From assembly GCA_945897075.1 (NCBI GenBank), contig CAMDEX010000003.1:1940-65939 (forward strand): a DNA stretch of 64,000 nucleotides, read 5' to 3'. The first letter of the stretch is position 1. Every line of letters starts with the position of its first letter. Origin of the DNA: Litorilinea aerophila (GTDB lineage: Bacteria; Chloroflexota; Anaerolineae; Caldilineales; Caldilineaceae). This document shows positions 33,378-43,851 of the stretch, one piece after another. The notes under the pieces were generated by a model. It made no database searches and was not told where the DNA came from. It saw only the letters and a program-made list of their open reading frames with translations. The position numbers and the translations under genes are program-made.

Positions 33378-33461
33378 CGCCCCACCCAATCACTCTAACC
33401 ATCGCACCAATCACGACATACATCTTCCATTCCGCACTCTGCATTCCCCATTCACAGGAGG

Positions 33462-34520
33462 TTGGCTATGGCTGTCAACGACGATAGCGCGGTTGTCGCA
33501 AAAGACCCCTATGCGGGCAAAATTGTCACCATCGAACGTTTTATTCTGGATCAGCAGCGCATCTACCCGGACGCTACGGGAACTCTCACAAACATTCTGT
33601 ACGACATTGCCCTGGCCGCCAAAATCATCGCCAGCAAGACGACGAGGGCCGGGCTGACCGACATTCTGGGCAGTGCGGACAAAGAGAATGTGCAGGGCGA
33701 GGTCGTCCAGAAGTTGGACGAATACGCTGACCAGATACTCTTCAAGCTGAACGACCACACTGGCCGTCTGGCCGTGATGGCTTCGGAAGAACGCGCCGAG
33801 ATCATCCCCATCCCGGATCATTTTCCGGTGGGCCCCTACGTCCTCCTCTATGACCCTCTTGACGGTTCTTCCAATATAGACGTGAATGTGAGCGTCGGCA
33901 CGATCTTTGCCATCTACCGGCGCAAAACGGCTTCCGGGCGGGGCACGCTGGAGGATTGTCTGCAAAAGGGGCGCGATCTGGTGGCGGCTGGCTATGTCAT
34001 CTACGGCTCCAGCACGATGCTCGTCTACTCCACCGGTCAGGGCGTACACGGCTTCACGCTGGACCCCACAATTGGCGAGTTTTTTCTCTCCCATCCCAAC
34101 ATCCGCATCCCAGAGAAGCCCAAATTTTACAGCGTCAACCAGGGCTACGAACAGTTCTGGTCGGAAGGGGTGCAGCGCTATACCGAATGGTTGCAGGGCA
34201 AGGACAAGACGGCCAAGCCCCTTTCCATGCGCTACATCGGATCGCTGGTAGCGGACTTTCACCGCAATCTGCTCAGCGGCGGCGTCTATTACTATCCGGC
34301 AGACACAAAGGATCCCGGCCAAACCAGCGGCAAGCTGCGTCTGGTCTACGAATGCGCACCGATGGCCTTTCTGGCCGAACAGGCCGGGGGCAAAGCCTCC
34401 ACCGGCACAGAGCGCATTTTAGAGATGCAGCCCAGCGCACTGCACCAGCGGGTGCCCTTTTTTGTGGGCAACAGTCTACTGGTGGAGAAGGCGCAGGAGT
34501 TCATTCGCGATTTCGATTGA
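33462..34520 (+). CDS. fbp: fructose-1,6-bisphosphatase, class 1
   Basis: [43 protein letters not shown]. Confidence 0.95.
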   Translation: MAMAVNDDSAVVAKDPYAGKIVTIERFILDQQRIYPDATGTLTNILYDIALAAKIIASKTTRAGLTDILGSADKENVQGEVVQKLDEYADQILFKLNDHTGRLAVMASEERAEIIPIPDHFPVGPYVLLYDPLDGSSNIDVNVSVGTIFAIYRRKTASGRGTLEDCLQKGRDLVAAGYVIYGSSTMLVYSTGQGVHGFTLDPTIGEFFLSHPNIRIPEKPKFYSVNQGYEQFWSEGVQRYTEWLQGKDKTAKPLSMRYIGSLVADFHRNLLSGGVYYYPADTKDPGQTSGKLRLVYECAPMAFLAEQAGGKASTGTERILEMQPSALHQRVPFFVGNSLLVEKAQEFIRDFD

Positions 34521-34534
34521 CGGTTCGCTGCCCC

Positions 34535-34873
34535 TTACGTTCTCTCTACCCACTTCCCGCTTGGGGCAGCCTGTGTTGCGGGCAGCCAAAGGATTGTCTC
34601 TTCGATCTTGCGCGCCAACTCGTAATCTTTGACGGTGATGCCGCCCGCGCTGTGGGTTTCCAGGTGAACTTCCACCGATGGATAGTTGAGGATCAACTCC
34701 GGGTGGTGGTCGGCGGCTTCGGCCAGAAAGCCAATCGCGTTGGCCACCAGCAGCGTCACCCGCCAACTGCGGGTTTTGTAGACCCGCAGCAGATAGCTCT
34801 TTTGCAGCCGCCAAGTGGGCAGATTGGCGGCCAGCCATTCCTGTACAGCAGCATCGGTCTCAGTTGTAGTCAT
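34535..34873 (-). CDS. 4a-hydroxytetrahydrobiopterin (pterin-4-alpha-carbinolamine) dehydratase
   Basis: 112 aa. FLAEAADHHPELILNYPSVEVHLETH matches the PCD signature. Confidence 0.85.
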   Translation of the reverse strand: MTTTETDAAVQEWLAANLPTWRLQKSYLLRVYKTRSWRVTLLVANAIGFLAEAADHHPELILNYPSVEVHLETHSAGGITVKDYELARKIEETILWLPATQAAPSGKWVERT

Positions 34874-35012
34874 TGTTTCCTCTTTGTGAATTTTTGCGCA
34901 CAGAATTGCATCCCGGCGCGTCCCGTGTTACACTGTTCCCTGTTTATTGTATCCGGTTCGTAGTCCATCCACCGAAATCGCCCTGGGCTGCACTTTTTTG
35001 CGGAGAGTATCG

Positions 35013-35546
35013 ATGGAACTTCGTCGTCAATTTCGCTTCTATCTTATTGCTGCGCTGCTGTTGGGGATATTTGTGATCGCTGCCTGTACGCCCAATCCTC
35101 GCGCCCAGCTCATTTCGCCGGATATGGTGCCCGAGGTCAAGGGCCAGGCGTTTGTGCCGCCCACACCGACACCCATTCCTGATATTACCCTTTTGAGCGA
35201 GGAACAGATTTACGCTGGTCTGCCCGCGGATGTGGCCGCTCTCTTGCCTGGCGACCCGGCCAAAGGGGAGACCGTAGCTGCCAGCGCTGGTTGTATCGGC
35301 TGCCACCGGCTGGATGATACGAATTCGGTGGTTGCGCCCACCTGGGGCGGGGTTGCCCACACGGCCATCACACGGGTTGCCGGTGAAAGCCCGGCGCTCT
35401 ATCTTTATCAGAGCATCACGGCACCCAATGCATTTGTGGTCAATGGGTATAATGGCGGTCTTATGCCCCAAATCTACAAAGACACATTGAGCGCTCAGGA
35501 TATCGTAGATATCGTAAGTTATCTGCTGACACAGCGAGGCCAATAG
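35013..35546 (+). CDS. c-type cytochrome lipoprotein
   Basis: Start refined to the ATG at 35013 (SD GGAGAG). Lipobox-like LLLGIFVIAAC. Haem motif CIGCH. Followed by a strong intrinsic terminator. Confidence 0.75.
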   Translation: MELRRQFRFYLIAALLLGIFVIAACTPNPRAQLISPDMVPEVKGQAFVPPTPTPIPDITLLSEEQIYAGLPADVAALLPGDPAKGETVAASAGCIGCHRLDDTNSVVAPTWGGVAHTAITRVAGESPALYLYQSITAPNAFVVNGYNGGLMPQIYKDTLSAQDIVDIVSYLLTQRGQ

Positions 35547-35568
35547 CCCTCCTTTCTGGACGATTGCC

Positions 35569-35618
35569 AACGCCCTTCAGCGTGAATTCGCTGAAGGGCG
35601 TTTTTTGTTTTTTTCATT
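35569..35618 (+). terminator. intrinsic terminator after the cytochrome c gene
   Basis: aacgcccttcagcg-tgaatt-cgctgaagggcgtt followed by TTTTGTTTTTTTC. Confidence 0.85.
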
Positions 35619-35654
35619 TCGCCGCCAATCCCCCAAACGTGCTATAATCTCGCC

Positions 35655-36746
35655 ATGACACAGAATGTTGGCACTTCCCCCCATCAACTGCGCCGCTGCC
35701 CGAATTGTGGCAGCCGGGTGGCCCAAGAAGCCGAGACCTGCTATTTCTGCGGTTTCGATCTGACCAGCGCGCCGCGCGGTCGCCGTCGCATCACCTGGAT
35801 AGACCTGGCCCTGGTCGTCGGGCTGCTTGTGCTGATTGTCATCTGGTGGCAGATGGGCAGCCGCACGGATGGACCGAACGCCCAGGCGGAAGTAGTGATC
35901 AACACACCTACGCCCGTCGATCCTGCGCAGACCGCAATCCCGGCGACGGCGTTCATCGCTACAGCCACGCCTGTCTCTGCCGTTGAGCCGACGTCTGGCC
36001 CACTGGTGGTGGTGCATACCGTCCAATCCGGCGAGACGCTCTCCTCCATCGCCATCCAATACAGCGTCACCGTCGAGGAGATTCAACAGACCAACGGGTT
36101 GACGGATGCACTGATCCGTGCCGGCGACGAACTGATCATCCCCATCCCCCAGGTTGTTGCGGAGAACAGCAATCAGATCGGTGTGCCTACGGTTTTTCGC
36201 TACACAGTTCAACCGGGGGACACAATCGTCTCGATTGCCGTGCGTTTTGGCGCAACCGTCGAGGGGATTTTGAGCGCCAACGGCATCTCGGCCAGCGACT
36301 TTATCCGCCCGGAACAGGTATTGCGCATCCCGGTGGAGGTGCCCTCGACGGTTGTCTCCTCCAGCGAATCGGCGCGCAACGCAGCGGGGCTGAGCAGCGC
36401 GCCCGCCAGCTATGCCGCGCCCCGTCTGTTGGAGCCGGGGGCGGAGGCGGCCTTGCCCCGCACCGAGGAGGTCATCTTCCGCTGGATCAGCGTGGACATC
36501 CTTGCGCCCAACGAGTGGTATGTCCTGCGCATCTGGCCGGTGGAAGGTTCCGTGGGTCTGCTGCCCGCTGTGTGGAGCAAAGCCACCAGCCACCGCCTGC
36601 ACCCGGACGCGGTGCCTCTCACCAGCGCGGCCATGACCTACGGCTGGCAGGTGGCCGTCGTGCGCATCCTGCCCGATCAGGGCGAAGGGCGCGGTATCCA
36701 GGCGGCCAGCGTCCCCAGCGAAGTGCGCAACTTTACGTGGCGGTGA
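35655..36746 (+). CDS. LysM-domain protein with N-terminal zinc ribbon and TM anchor
   Basis: CPNCGSRV...CYFCGF, TM segment IDLALVVGLLVLIVIWW, two LysM repeats (HTVQSGETLSSIAIQYSVTVEEI; YTVQPGDTIVSIAVRFGATVEGI). Confidence 0.85.
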   Translation: MTQNVGTSPHQLRRCPNCGSRVAQEAETCYFCGFDLTSAPRGRRRITWIDLALVVGLLVLIVIWWQMGSRTDGPNAQAEVVINTPTPVDPAQTAIPATAFIATATPVSAVEPTSGPLVVVHTVQSGETLSSIAIQYSVTVEEIQQTNGLTDALIRAGDELIIPIPQVVAENSNQIGVPTVFRYTVQPGDTIVSIAVRFGATVEGILSANGISASDFIRPEQVLRIPVEVPSTVVSSSESARNAAGLSSAPASYAAPRLLEPGAEAALPRTEEVIFRWISVDILAPNEWYVLRIWPVEGSVGLLPAVWSKATSHRLHPDAVPLTSAAMTYGWQVAVVRILPDQGEGRGIQAASVPSEVRNFTWR

Positions 36747-36827
36747 GCGGTGGATTTTCGTGGTCTTTTTGCAGGGGTGATTGTATAGTTGGGATTGGGT
36801 ATCTTTATGCAGCACGGGGCGGAATAG

Positions 36828-38327
36828 ATGACGATTCCAACATTCAAATCTGCGCAAAGTTTGGAATGGCAACCGATAGAAGATTTACCACCCGCTTGGC
36901 AGCAATTAGCCAATACTGAGTTACCGCCCTTAGTAACTGTGTGGAATGATCAAGCAGAACGCCTGCGTGATTCTGGCGAATTCAAAACGTATATGGAGAA
37001 ATTACGGCGAGAGATAGCCATCGAGACCGGAATTATTGAAAGACTCTATACGATTGATCGTGGGATCACCCGCTTACTCATCGAACAAGGGATCAATGAA
37101 TCTCTGATCCCGCATGGAACTACTGACCGTCCAGTAAAACAAGTCGTAGCTTTGATCAAAGATCAAGAAAGCGCCGTTGAAGGGTTATTTGATTTCGTTG
37201 GAGGGGAGAGAACACTATCAACTTCGTACATAAAACAACTGCATCAATTGTTAACCCAAAATCAGGGTCGCATAGAAGCCTTCGTTCCCTCGACCGGTCA
37301 AACCATCCTTGTCGATTTTCTGCGCGGTGATTGGAAGCGGCTGCCGAACAATCCGATGCGACCCGATGGCTCTATCCATGAATACTGTCCGCCTGAACAA
37401 GTTGCCTCTGAAATGGACAGGTTGATTACATTCCATATTCGACATCAAGCCATCAAAGTTTCCCCTGAAATTGAAGCGGCCTGGCTGCATCATCGCTTTA
37501 CACAAATTCATCCCTTTCAGGACGGGAATGGGCGAGTTGCGCGCTGTCTCGCCAGTTTGGCATTTATCCAATCTGGATGGTTTCCTTTGGTTCTTACGCG
37601 CGATGATCGCGCTGTCTATATTGATGCCTTAGAACAAGCCGATCAAGGCAATTTATCTGATCTGATCCGTCTGTTTGCAAAAAGTCAAAAACAGGCATTT
37701 ATTCGTAGCCTTGGTTTATCTGAACAAGTCTTGTCCGAAGCAAGACGAACCCAAGTCATCATTTCAACCATTGCTGATAAACTCAAGCAAAATCAGATTG
37801 CATCAATTCAAAAACGGCAACAGGCTGCTGAAACTTATGCAACTCATTTATTTGAGATCGCCTCAAATCATTTACGCGAGTTGGCGGGAGAAATCAAAGC
37901 ATCCGTCCAAAATTTGGTCAATGGTTCACAAGTTTTTGTGGTTGCAGCGCCGTTCGGCGATGAACGAGCTTATTATCACCGCTATCAGGTGATAGAAACA
38001 GCCAAACTATTGGGGTATTTTGCCAACCTGCGTAACTATCACAGTTGGACACAGTTGGTCATTCAGATAGAAAGGCCGACGATACTACTACTCTCCTTTC
38101 ATGTTTTAGGACGCGAACATCTTGGTCTATTGGTTTGTTCTGCCTGCGCCTATCATAAAGACAATACAGACGAGGGTGAACGTACGATTAGCGATATTCA
38201 AGCCTTATCCGACTCTCCATTCCAATTCTCCTATGCTGATGAAGAAAACAACCTGGAAGTGCGCTTCAGGCAGTGGCTGGAGAGCGTTTTGGTTACTGGC
38301 CTAGAATATTGGAATAAAAGCATCTAA
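36828..38327 (+). CDS. Fic family protein with an uncharacterised ~190-aa C-terminal extension
   Basis: 499 aa. Fic motif [13 protein letters not shown] at nt 37509-37547. Visibly lower G+C than both neighbours. Confidence 0.85.
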   Translation: MTIPTFKSAQSLEWQPIEDLPPAWQQLANTELPPLVTVWNDQAERLRDSGEFKTYMEKLRREIAIETGIIERLYTIDRGITRLLIEQGINESLIPHGTTDRPVKQVVALIKDQESAVEGLFDFVGGERTLSTSYIKQLHQLLTQNQGRIEAFVPSTGQTILVDFLRGDWKRLPNNPMRPDGSIHEYCPPEQVASEMDRLITFHIRHQAIKVSPEIEAAWLHHRFTQIHPFQDGNGRVARCLASLAFIQSGWFPLVLTRDDRAVYIDALEQADQGNLSDLIRLFAKSQKQAFIRSLGLSEQVLSEARRTQVIISTIADKLKQNQIASIQKRQQAAETYATHLFEIASNHLRELAGEIKASVQNLVNGSQVFVVAAPFGDERAYYHRYQVIETAKLLGYFANLRNYHSWTQLVIQIERPTILLLSFHVLGREHLGLLVCSACAYHKDNTDEGERTISDIQALSDSPFQFSYADEENNLEVRFRQWLESVLVTGLEYWNKSI

Positions 38328-38364
38328 AACTTGTCATCACAACCGACACACACAGGAGGAACTC

Positions 38365-39360
38365 ATGTCACGACCCGTCACACTCTTCACCGGCCAATGG
38401 GCGGACCTGCCCCTGGAAACCCTCGCCCAGAAGGTGAGTGCCTGGGGCTTCGACGGTCTGGAATTGGCCTGTTGGGGCGATCATTTCGAGGTGGACAAGG
38501 CGCTGGAAAGCGACGGTTATGTGCGCGCCAAACGCGACCTGCTGGAAAAGTATGGCTTGGGCTGCTGGGCCATCAGCAACCATCTGGTGGGGCAGGCCGT
38601 CTGCGACCCCATTGACACGCGCCACAAATCGATCCTCTCCCCCGCCATTTGGGGCGATGGCGACGCCGAGGGTGTGCGCCAGCGGGCCGCCGAGGAGATG
38701 AAGAAGACCGCCAGCGCCGCCAAGCTCTTTGGCGTGGATGTGGTCAACGGCTTCACGGGCAGCAGCGTATGGGCCAAACTCTACTTCTTCCCGCCCACCA
38801 GCCAGGCCGACATCAACGCTGGCTACACGGACTTCGCCGAGCGCTGGATTCCCATCCTTGACCACTACCAGGCCAACGGCATCAAATTCGCACTGGAAGT
38901 CCACCCCACTGAAATCGCCTACGACATCTACACCTTCCAGCGCGCGATTGACGCCGTACACGGCCACCCGGCCTTTGGGGCCAACTTTGACCCCAGCCAT
39001 CTGATCCACCAGTTTGTCAATCCGGTGGAATTTCTCAACGCCTTTACCGACCGCATCTTCCACGTACACGTTAAGGACAGCCGGGTGCAGCTCAACGGGC
39101 GCAACAGCATCCTCTCCAGCCATCTGGACTTCGGCGACCACCGCCGCGGCTGGGATTTCGTTTCCCCCGGCCACGGCGACGTGAAGTGGGACCCGATTGT
39201 GCGTGTACTCAACCGCATCGGCTACAACGGCCCCCTCTCCATCGAGTGGGAAGATAGCGGTATGAACCGGGAGTTTGGCGCACAGGAAGCTCTGCAACTG
39301 GTACGCAAGAATGATTTTGCCGCGTCCGATGTGGCCTTTGACGCGGCCTTTGCGGAATAA
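38365..39360 (+). CDS. sugar phosphate isomerase/epimerase (xylose-isomerase-like TIM barrel)
   Basis: 331 aa. [13 protein letters not shown]..., [19 protein letters not shown]. Confidence 0.85.
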   Translation: MSRPVTLFTGQWADLPLETLAQKVSAWGFDGLELACWGDHFEVDKALESDGYVRAKRDLLEKYGLGCWAISNHLVGQAVCDPIDTRHKSILSPAIWGDGDAEGVRQRAAEEMKKTASAAKLFGVDVVNGFTGSSVWAKLYFFPPTSQADINAGYTDFAERWIPILDHYQANGIKFALEVHPTEIAYDIYTFQRAIDAVHGHPAFGANFDPSHLIHQFVNPVEFLNAFTDRIFHVHVKDSRVQLNGRNSILSSHLDFGDHRRGWDFVSPGHGDVKWDPIVRVLNRIGYNGPLSIEWEDSGMNREFGAQEALQLVRKNDFAASDVAFDAAFAE

Positions 39361-39368
39361 AAATCAGC

Positions 39369-39446
39369 TATTGGGTATTGGATATTTCGTAGTCAAACGG
39401 CGGCGCGCCCCAACGAAATACCCAATACCCAATATCCAATACCCAC
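39369..39446. repeat. palindromic STR hairpin, unit ATTGGGT / ACCCAAT
   Basis: ctATTGGGTATTGGATATTTCGT..loop..ACGAAATACCCAATACCCAATATCCAATACCCA, immediately followed by AAGGAG and the ATG at 39459. Confidence 0.9.
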
Positions 39447-39458
39447 AAGGAGACGACA

Positions 39459-40658
39459 ATGAGCGAAGCATCTGGTTTTACTTCGATGGCCGGGGCAAAG
39501 GCCGAGGGTCAGGCCCCGCAGATTGGCGTGGGGATGTTGGGCTATGCCTTTATGGGCAAGGCCCACACCCACGCGATGCTCAACATCGGGCATATGATGT
39601 ACCCGCCGCCCGCTGTGCCCAAACTGGTGGGCATTGCCGGACGCAACCGGGAGGCGGTGGCCGAGGCGGCCAAGCGTTACGGCTACCAGCACGCCTACAC
39701 CGACTGGCGCGACCTGATCAACAACCCGGACATTCAGTTTTTTGACAACGGCGGCCCCAACGACGCCCACGCGGAGCCTTGCATTGCCGCGGCCCAGGCG
39801 GGCAAGCATATCCTGTGCGAGAAGCCCCTGGCGCGCACTGCCGAAGAATCCAAGCTGATGCTGGACGCGGTGCAAAAGGCGGGCGTTAAGCATATGGTGG
39901 CCTTCAACTACCGTTTCGTCCCCGCCATCCGCCAGATTCGCAAACTGGTGGATTCCGGGCTGCTGGGCAAAATCTACCACTTCCGCGCCGTCTATCTGCA
40001 AGAGTGGATTATGCCCCACTACAATATGCCGATGATCTGGCGGCTGCAGAAAAAGATGGCAGGCAGCGGCGCACTGGGTGATCTGGGCGCGCATATCATT
40101 GACCTGGCCCGCTATCTGGTGGGCGAAGTGCGCAGCGTCTCTGGCATGACGCGCACCTTCATCGAGGAGCGGCCCTGGGGCGACGGCACAATGGGCAAAG
40201 TGGACGTGGACGACGCTTTCGTTTCGCTGCTCGATTTTGAGAACGGCGCGCTGGGCACTGTCGAAGCCACCCGTTTCGCCGCTGGTCGCAAGAACGGCCA
40301 GCGCATCGAGATCAACGCCGAAAAGGCCACGATCGTCTTCAATCTGGAACGGCTCAACGAACTGGAAGTCTATTGGGTGGGCGACCAGCCAAAAGAGACA
40401 CAGGGCTTCCGCAATGTGCTGGTCTCGGAACCCTTCCACCCCTGGTGGGAGAACTGGTGGCCGCAGGGACATATGATCGGCTGGGAACACACCTTCGTCC
40501 ACGAGATCACCCACCTGCTCGATTGTATCGTCAACAACCGGGCGGTCTCTCCCATCGGCGCGGACTTCCTGGACGGCTACCGCAATTCGGTGATCTGCGA
40601 CGCGATTGTGCGTTCGTCCGAGAGCAGACGCCAGGTAGATTGCGTCTACGAAGCGTAA
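39459..40658 (+). CDS. Gfo/Idh/MocA family oxidoreductase
   Basis: 399 aa. Rossmann N-terminus IGVGMLGYAFMGKAH, ILCEKPLA motif. Confidence 0.9.
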   Translation: MSEASGFTSMAGAKAEGQAPQIGVGMLGYAFMGKAHTHAMLNIGHMMYPPPAVPKLVGIAGRNREAVAEAAKRYGYQHAYTDWRDLINNPDIQFFDNGGPNDAHAEPCIAAAQAGKHILCEKPLARTAEESKLMLDAVQKAGVKHMVAFNYRFVPAIRQIRKLVDSGLLGKIYHFRAVYLQEWIMPHYNMPMIWRLQKKMAGSGALGDLGAHIIDLARYLVGEVRSVSGMTRTFIEERPWGDGTMGKVDVDDAFVSLLDFENGALGTVEATRFAAGRKNGQRIEINAEKATIVFNLERLNELEVYWVGDQPKETQGFRNVLVSEPFHPWWENWWPQGHMIGWEHTFVHEITHLLDCIVNNRAVSPIGADFLDGYRNSVICDAIVRSSESRRQVDCVYEA

Positions 40659-40661
40659 GAA

Positions 40662-40731
40662 TATTGGTTGATTGGTTGATTGGGAGCAACCAGCCAACCA
40701 ATCAACCAATCAACCAGCCAACCAATCAACT
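40662..40731. repeat. palindromic STR hairpin, 8-nt unit ATTGGTTG / CAACCAAT
   Basis: tATTGGTTGATTGGTTGATTGGgagcaaccagCCAACCAATCAACCAATCAACCAGCCAACCAATCAAC. Confidence 0.9.
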
Positions 40732-40742
40732 GGAAACTTACA

Positions 40743-41855
40743 ATGAAAATCGAACGCATTGAACTGCGCCGCATCCACCTACCCTACGTGCGCCGCTTTG
40801 AGACCAGCGGCTGGTATCACGACGCCAGCGACGCCATTATTGTGCGCGTGGACGCCGACGGCGTGACCGGCTGGGGCGAAGCGCCGATGAGTGAAGGTCC
40901 CTGGTACAACGAAGAGACCTACCAGACGGCCTGGTTTATGATGGAAACCTATCTCGGCCCGCTGCTGCTCCAATCCGAAGTGGACGACCCGCGCCAGACC
41001 CGCCACCTCTTCAAGCGGATGCGAGCCAACCGGATGGCAAAGAGCGGACTGGAGTTTGCCGTCTGGGATCTCTTCGCCCGCGCCCAAAATGTCAGCCTCT
41101 CCAAATTGTTGGGCGGGACGCGGGATCGAGTGGATGTGGGCGTCAGTGTGCCCATCCGTCCGGACATCCCCGCGCTGCTAGAAACGGTGGAGGGCTATCT
41201 GAACAACGGCTACAAACGGGTGAAGCTCAAAATTAAGCCGGGCTGGGATGTGGCGCCGACGCGGGCTGTGCGCGAGCGTTGGCCCGATCTGCGCTTGCAG
41301 GTGGACGGCAACAGTATCTATCACCTGAGCGACGCCGAGCATCTGAAGGAGTTGGATCAGTTCGATCTGCTCCTCAACGAGCAGCCGCTCGATCACGACG
41401 ACATCTTCGATCACGCCAAACTGGCCAAGCTGATCAAAACGCCCCTCTGTCTGGACGAGAGTATCGTCTCTCCGGATCACGCACGCTGGGCCATCGAGCT
41501 GAATGCCTGCAAAATTATCAACATCAAACCCACGCGCATTGGCGGTCTGGCCGATGCGGTGGAGATTCACAACCTGGCCCAGGCCGCGGGGATGCCCGTC
41601 TGGCACGGGGGGATGCTGGAAACAGGCATCGGGCGGGCGACGAATGTAGCCCTGGCCAGCCTGCCCAACTTCACTCTACCCGGCGATATCAGCGCCAACG
41701 ACCGCTATTTCCCCCGCGACATCGTACACAACCCCTTCACCCTCAACAGTGACAGCACACTGACCGTGCCCAGCGGCGCGGGCAACGGCGCGCTTGTGGA
41801 TGAGGCGTTTCTGGAGACTGTGACCCAGGAGCGGCTTGTATTAAGCAGACAGTAG
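40743..41855 (+). CDS. menC: o-succinylbenzoate synthase / N-acylamino-acid racemase (enolase superfamily)
   Basis: Start refined to the ATG at 40743; the ORF-track start reads through a repeat. KLKIKPGWD, VDGNS, NEQPL..DD, LDES catalytic blocks. Confidence 0.8.
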   Translation: MKIERIELRRIHLPYVRRFETSGWYHDASDAIIVRVDADGVTGWGEAPMSEGPWYNEETYQTAWFMMETYLGPLLLQSEVDDPRQTRHLFKRMRANRMAKSGLEFAVWDLFARAQNVSLSKLLGGTRDRVDVGVSVPIRPDIPALLETVEGYLNNGYKRVKLKIKPGWDVAPTRAVRERWPDLRLQVDGNSIYHLSDAEHLKELDQFDLLLNEQPLDHDDIFDHAKLAKLIKTPLCLDESIVSPDHARWAIELNACKIINIKPTRIGGLADAVEIHNLAQAAGMPVWHGGMLETGIGRATNVALASLPNFTLPGDISANDRYFPRDIVHNPFTLNSDSTLTVPSGAGNGALVDEAFLETVTQERLVLSRQ

Positions 41856-41862
41856 GATAGCG

Positions 41863-42621
41863 ATGGGGAAGCAAGACGAAGCAGCCGTCTTTATCGGTAT
41901 CGATCTGGCCTGGAAGACGGCAAACCCCTCTGGCGGCGCAGCAATCCGCGACGGACGGCTGGTGGCGCATACGGGCACGTTGGGCAGCAACGACGAGATT
42001 ATGGCCTTCATCGCCGAACATCTGTCCCCAATGGGCGGCGCAGTGGTGGCCGTGGACGCTCCCCTGCGCGTCCCCAACCAGACGGGGAGACGGCCCTGCG
42101 ATGCTGCGCTCTCGGCGCAGTGGCGGCGCTTCCACGCTGGCGCGTTGCCCGCCAACCGGACGCGCCTGGCCGAGGCTGGCGTTGTGCGGGGGGAGGCGCT
42201 GGTGGCTGCACTGGTTGCGCGGCTGCGCTTTGCCGAAGCATCCACGATTCCCCGGCACAGCCAGGCACGGCTGGTCTGCGAGGTCTTCCCCCACCCGGCC
42301 CACATTGCGCTCTTCGGGCTGGAGCGCATCCTCAAATACAAGCGGGGCAGTGTATCCGAACGGCGCTCCGAACTGGCCCGCTATCAAACGCTGCTGCGGG
42401 GGTTACGCAAAGCATCGCCAGCCCTGAAAGGGACGGGAGATCTGCTGGTGGGCGTGGATGTGGCGGGGCTGCGCGGGCGGGCGCTGAAAGAGCATGAGGA
42501 TACACTGGACGCCCTCACCTGCGCCTACGTGGCCGCCTATCTGTGGGAGCACGGGCCAAAAGCGGCCATCAGCTACGGCTCATTGGCTGAGGGGTCTATT
42601 TTGGTGCCCGTGCGCAAGTAG
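41863..42621 (+). CDS. DUF429-domain protein (predicted RNase H-like fold)
   Basis: 252 aa. FIGIDLAWK...VAVDAPLRVPNQTGRRPCD fits the DUF429 N-terminal pattern. Confidence 0.7.
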   Translation: MGKQDEAAVFIGIDLAWKTANPSGGAAIRDGRLVAHTGTLGSNDEIMAFIAEHLSPMGGAVVAVDAPLRVPNQTGRRPCDAALSAQWRRFHAGALPANRTRLAEAGVVRGEALVAALVARLRFAEASTIPRHSQARLVCEVFPHPAHIALFGLERILKYKRGSVSERRSELARYQTLLRGLRKASPALKGTGDLLVGVDVAGLRGRALKEHEDTLDALTCAYVAAYLWEHGPKAAISYGSLAEGSILVPVRK

Positions 42622-42659
42622 AGTGAAGGTGAATTGGTAACCAAAGAAGGGAAGATCAG

Positions 42660-43706
42660 ATGCCCCGCGGACTTTTTGTAGACGCACCCCAACACGCCAT
42701 TCTGGCCGACTACACCGACGCGCCGCTCCCAGCCGGCCAGGTGCGCTTCCGCACCGAATTCGCCGCGGTGAAGCACGGCACAATGTTCCACATATTCAGC
42801 GGTGAATCGCCCTTCCAGGCGCAGCGCTTTGACCCGGCCCTGCGCCTTTTTGTACACACCCCAGCCGACGCGCCCAATGCCGCGCCCGGTTTCGTCGGCC
42901 AGTTCATCGGCAATATGGCTGTGGGCCAGGTGACGGAAGTCGGCGCGGGTGTGGCTGACTTTCAGCCCGGCGACCGCGTCTACTGCTACGGCCCTGTGGC
43001 CGAGACAGTGACCAAACCGGCTGCCGCTCTCCACCACTTGCCGCCGGAGCTTTCCCTCGCGGATGCGGTCTGTCTGGACCCGGCCCTCTACGCCTACGGG
43101 GCTGTGCGCGACGCCCGCATCACCCTGGGCGATACCGTCGCCGTCTCCGGGATGGGTGCGATTGGGCTGTGTGTGATCCAACTGCTGGCCCGCGCCGGCT
43201 GCGCCCAGATCGTCGCTGTGGACCCTTTGCCCAAACGCCGCGCCCTGGCCGCACGTTACGGCGCGACCGCCACTGTCGATCCCGCGGCGGAGGATGTGGG
43301 GCTGGCCGTGCGCCGTCTGTTGGGTCGCCCCGCAGATGTGGCGATTGAGGCCAGCGGCAGTTACCGGGCGCTCTACGGGGCTATGCGCAGTGTGGGCCAG
43401 TGTGCCCGCATCGTCACACTGGGCTATTACAAAGGCGACCACAGCAGCCTGCCCTTGGGCGCGGAGTGGCATCACAACCGGCTGGAGTTGATCAGCAGTA
43501 TGCCCGTCTGGGACAACCCCAGCCGGGAAGCGCCCCTCTGGGATCTGGCGCGTTTGGAGGCGACGGTCGTGGACTTTTTCCGCCGCGGCTGGCTGACAGC
43601 AGACGGCATCGCCGATCCAATTGTGCCTTTCGCCCAGGCCGCCGACGCCTTTCTCCACACCTTCCAGGACCCGGCAGACGCCATCAAATTGTGTGTTCGC
43701 TTTTAG
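42660..43706 (+). CDS. medium-chain (zinc-type) dehydrogenase/reductase family oxidoreductase
   Basis: 348 aa. GDRV, nucleotide-binding VSGMGAIGLCVIQLLARAG..VAVD. Confidence 0.8.
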   Translation: MPRGLFVDAPQHAILADYTDAPLPAGQVRFRTEFAAVKHGTMFHIFSGESPFQAQRFDPALRLFVHTPADAPNAAPGFVGQFIGNMAVGQVTEVGAGVADFQPGDRVYCYGPVAETVTKPAAALHHLPPELSLADAVCLDPALYAYGAVRDARITLGDTVAVSGMGAIGLCVIQLLARAGCAQIVAVDPLPKRRALAARYGATATVDPAAEDVGLAVRRLLGRPADVAIEASGSYRALYGAMRSVGQCARIVTLGYYKGDHSSLPLGAEWHHNRLELISSMPVWDNPSREAPLWDLARLEATVVDFFRRGWLTADGIADPIVPFAQAADAFLHTFQDPADAIKLCVRF

Positions 43707-43755
43707 TACATAACCAGTGAAATTCTTGTTTTTTGGGCAAGAAAAGAGAAATTTT

Positions 43756-43820
43756 TGTATACACGGATGGAAAGGAACACGGATCAGAAAAATCCGTGTT
43801 CCTTTCCATCCGTGTATACA
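43756..43820 (+). terminator. 29-bp perfect-stem hairpin after the MDR dehydrogenase gene
   Basis: tgtatacacggatggaaaggaacacggat-cagaaaa-atccgtgttcctttccatccgtgtataca. No clean T-tract. Confidence 0.55.
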
Positions 43821-43851
43821 ACCCTCTTTGGTTCTGACTTTGCCAGGTTAG

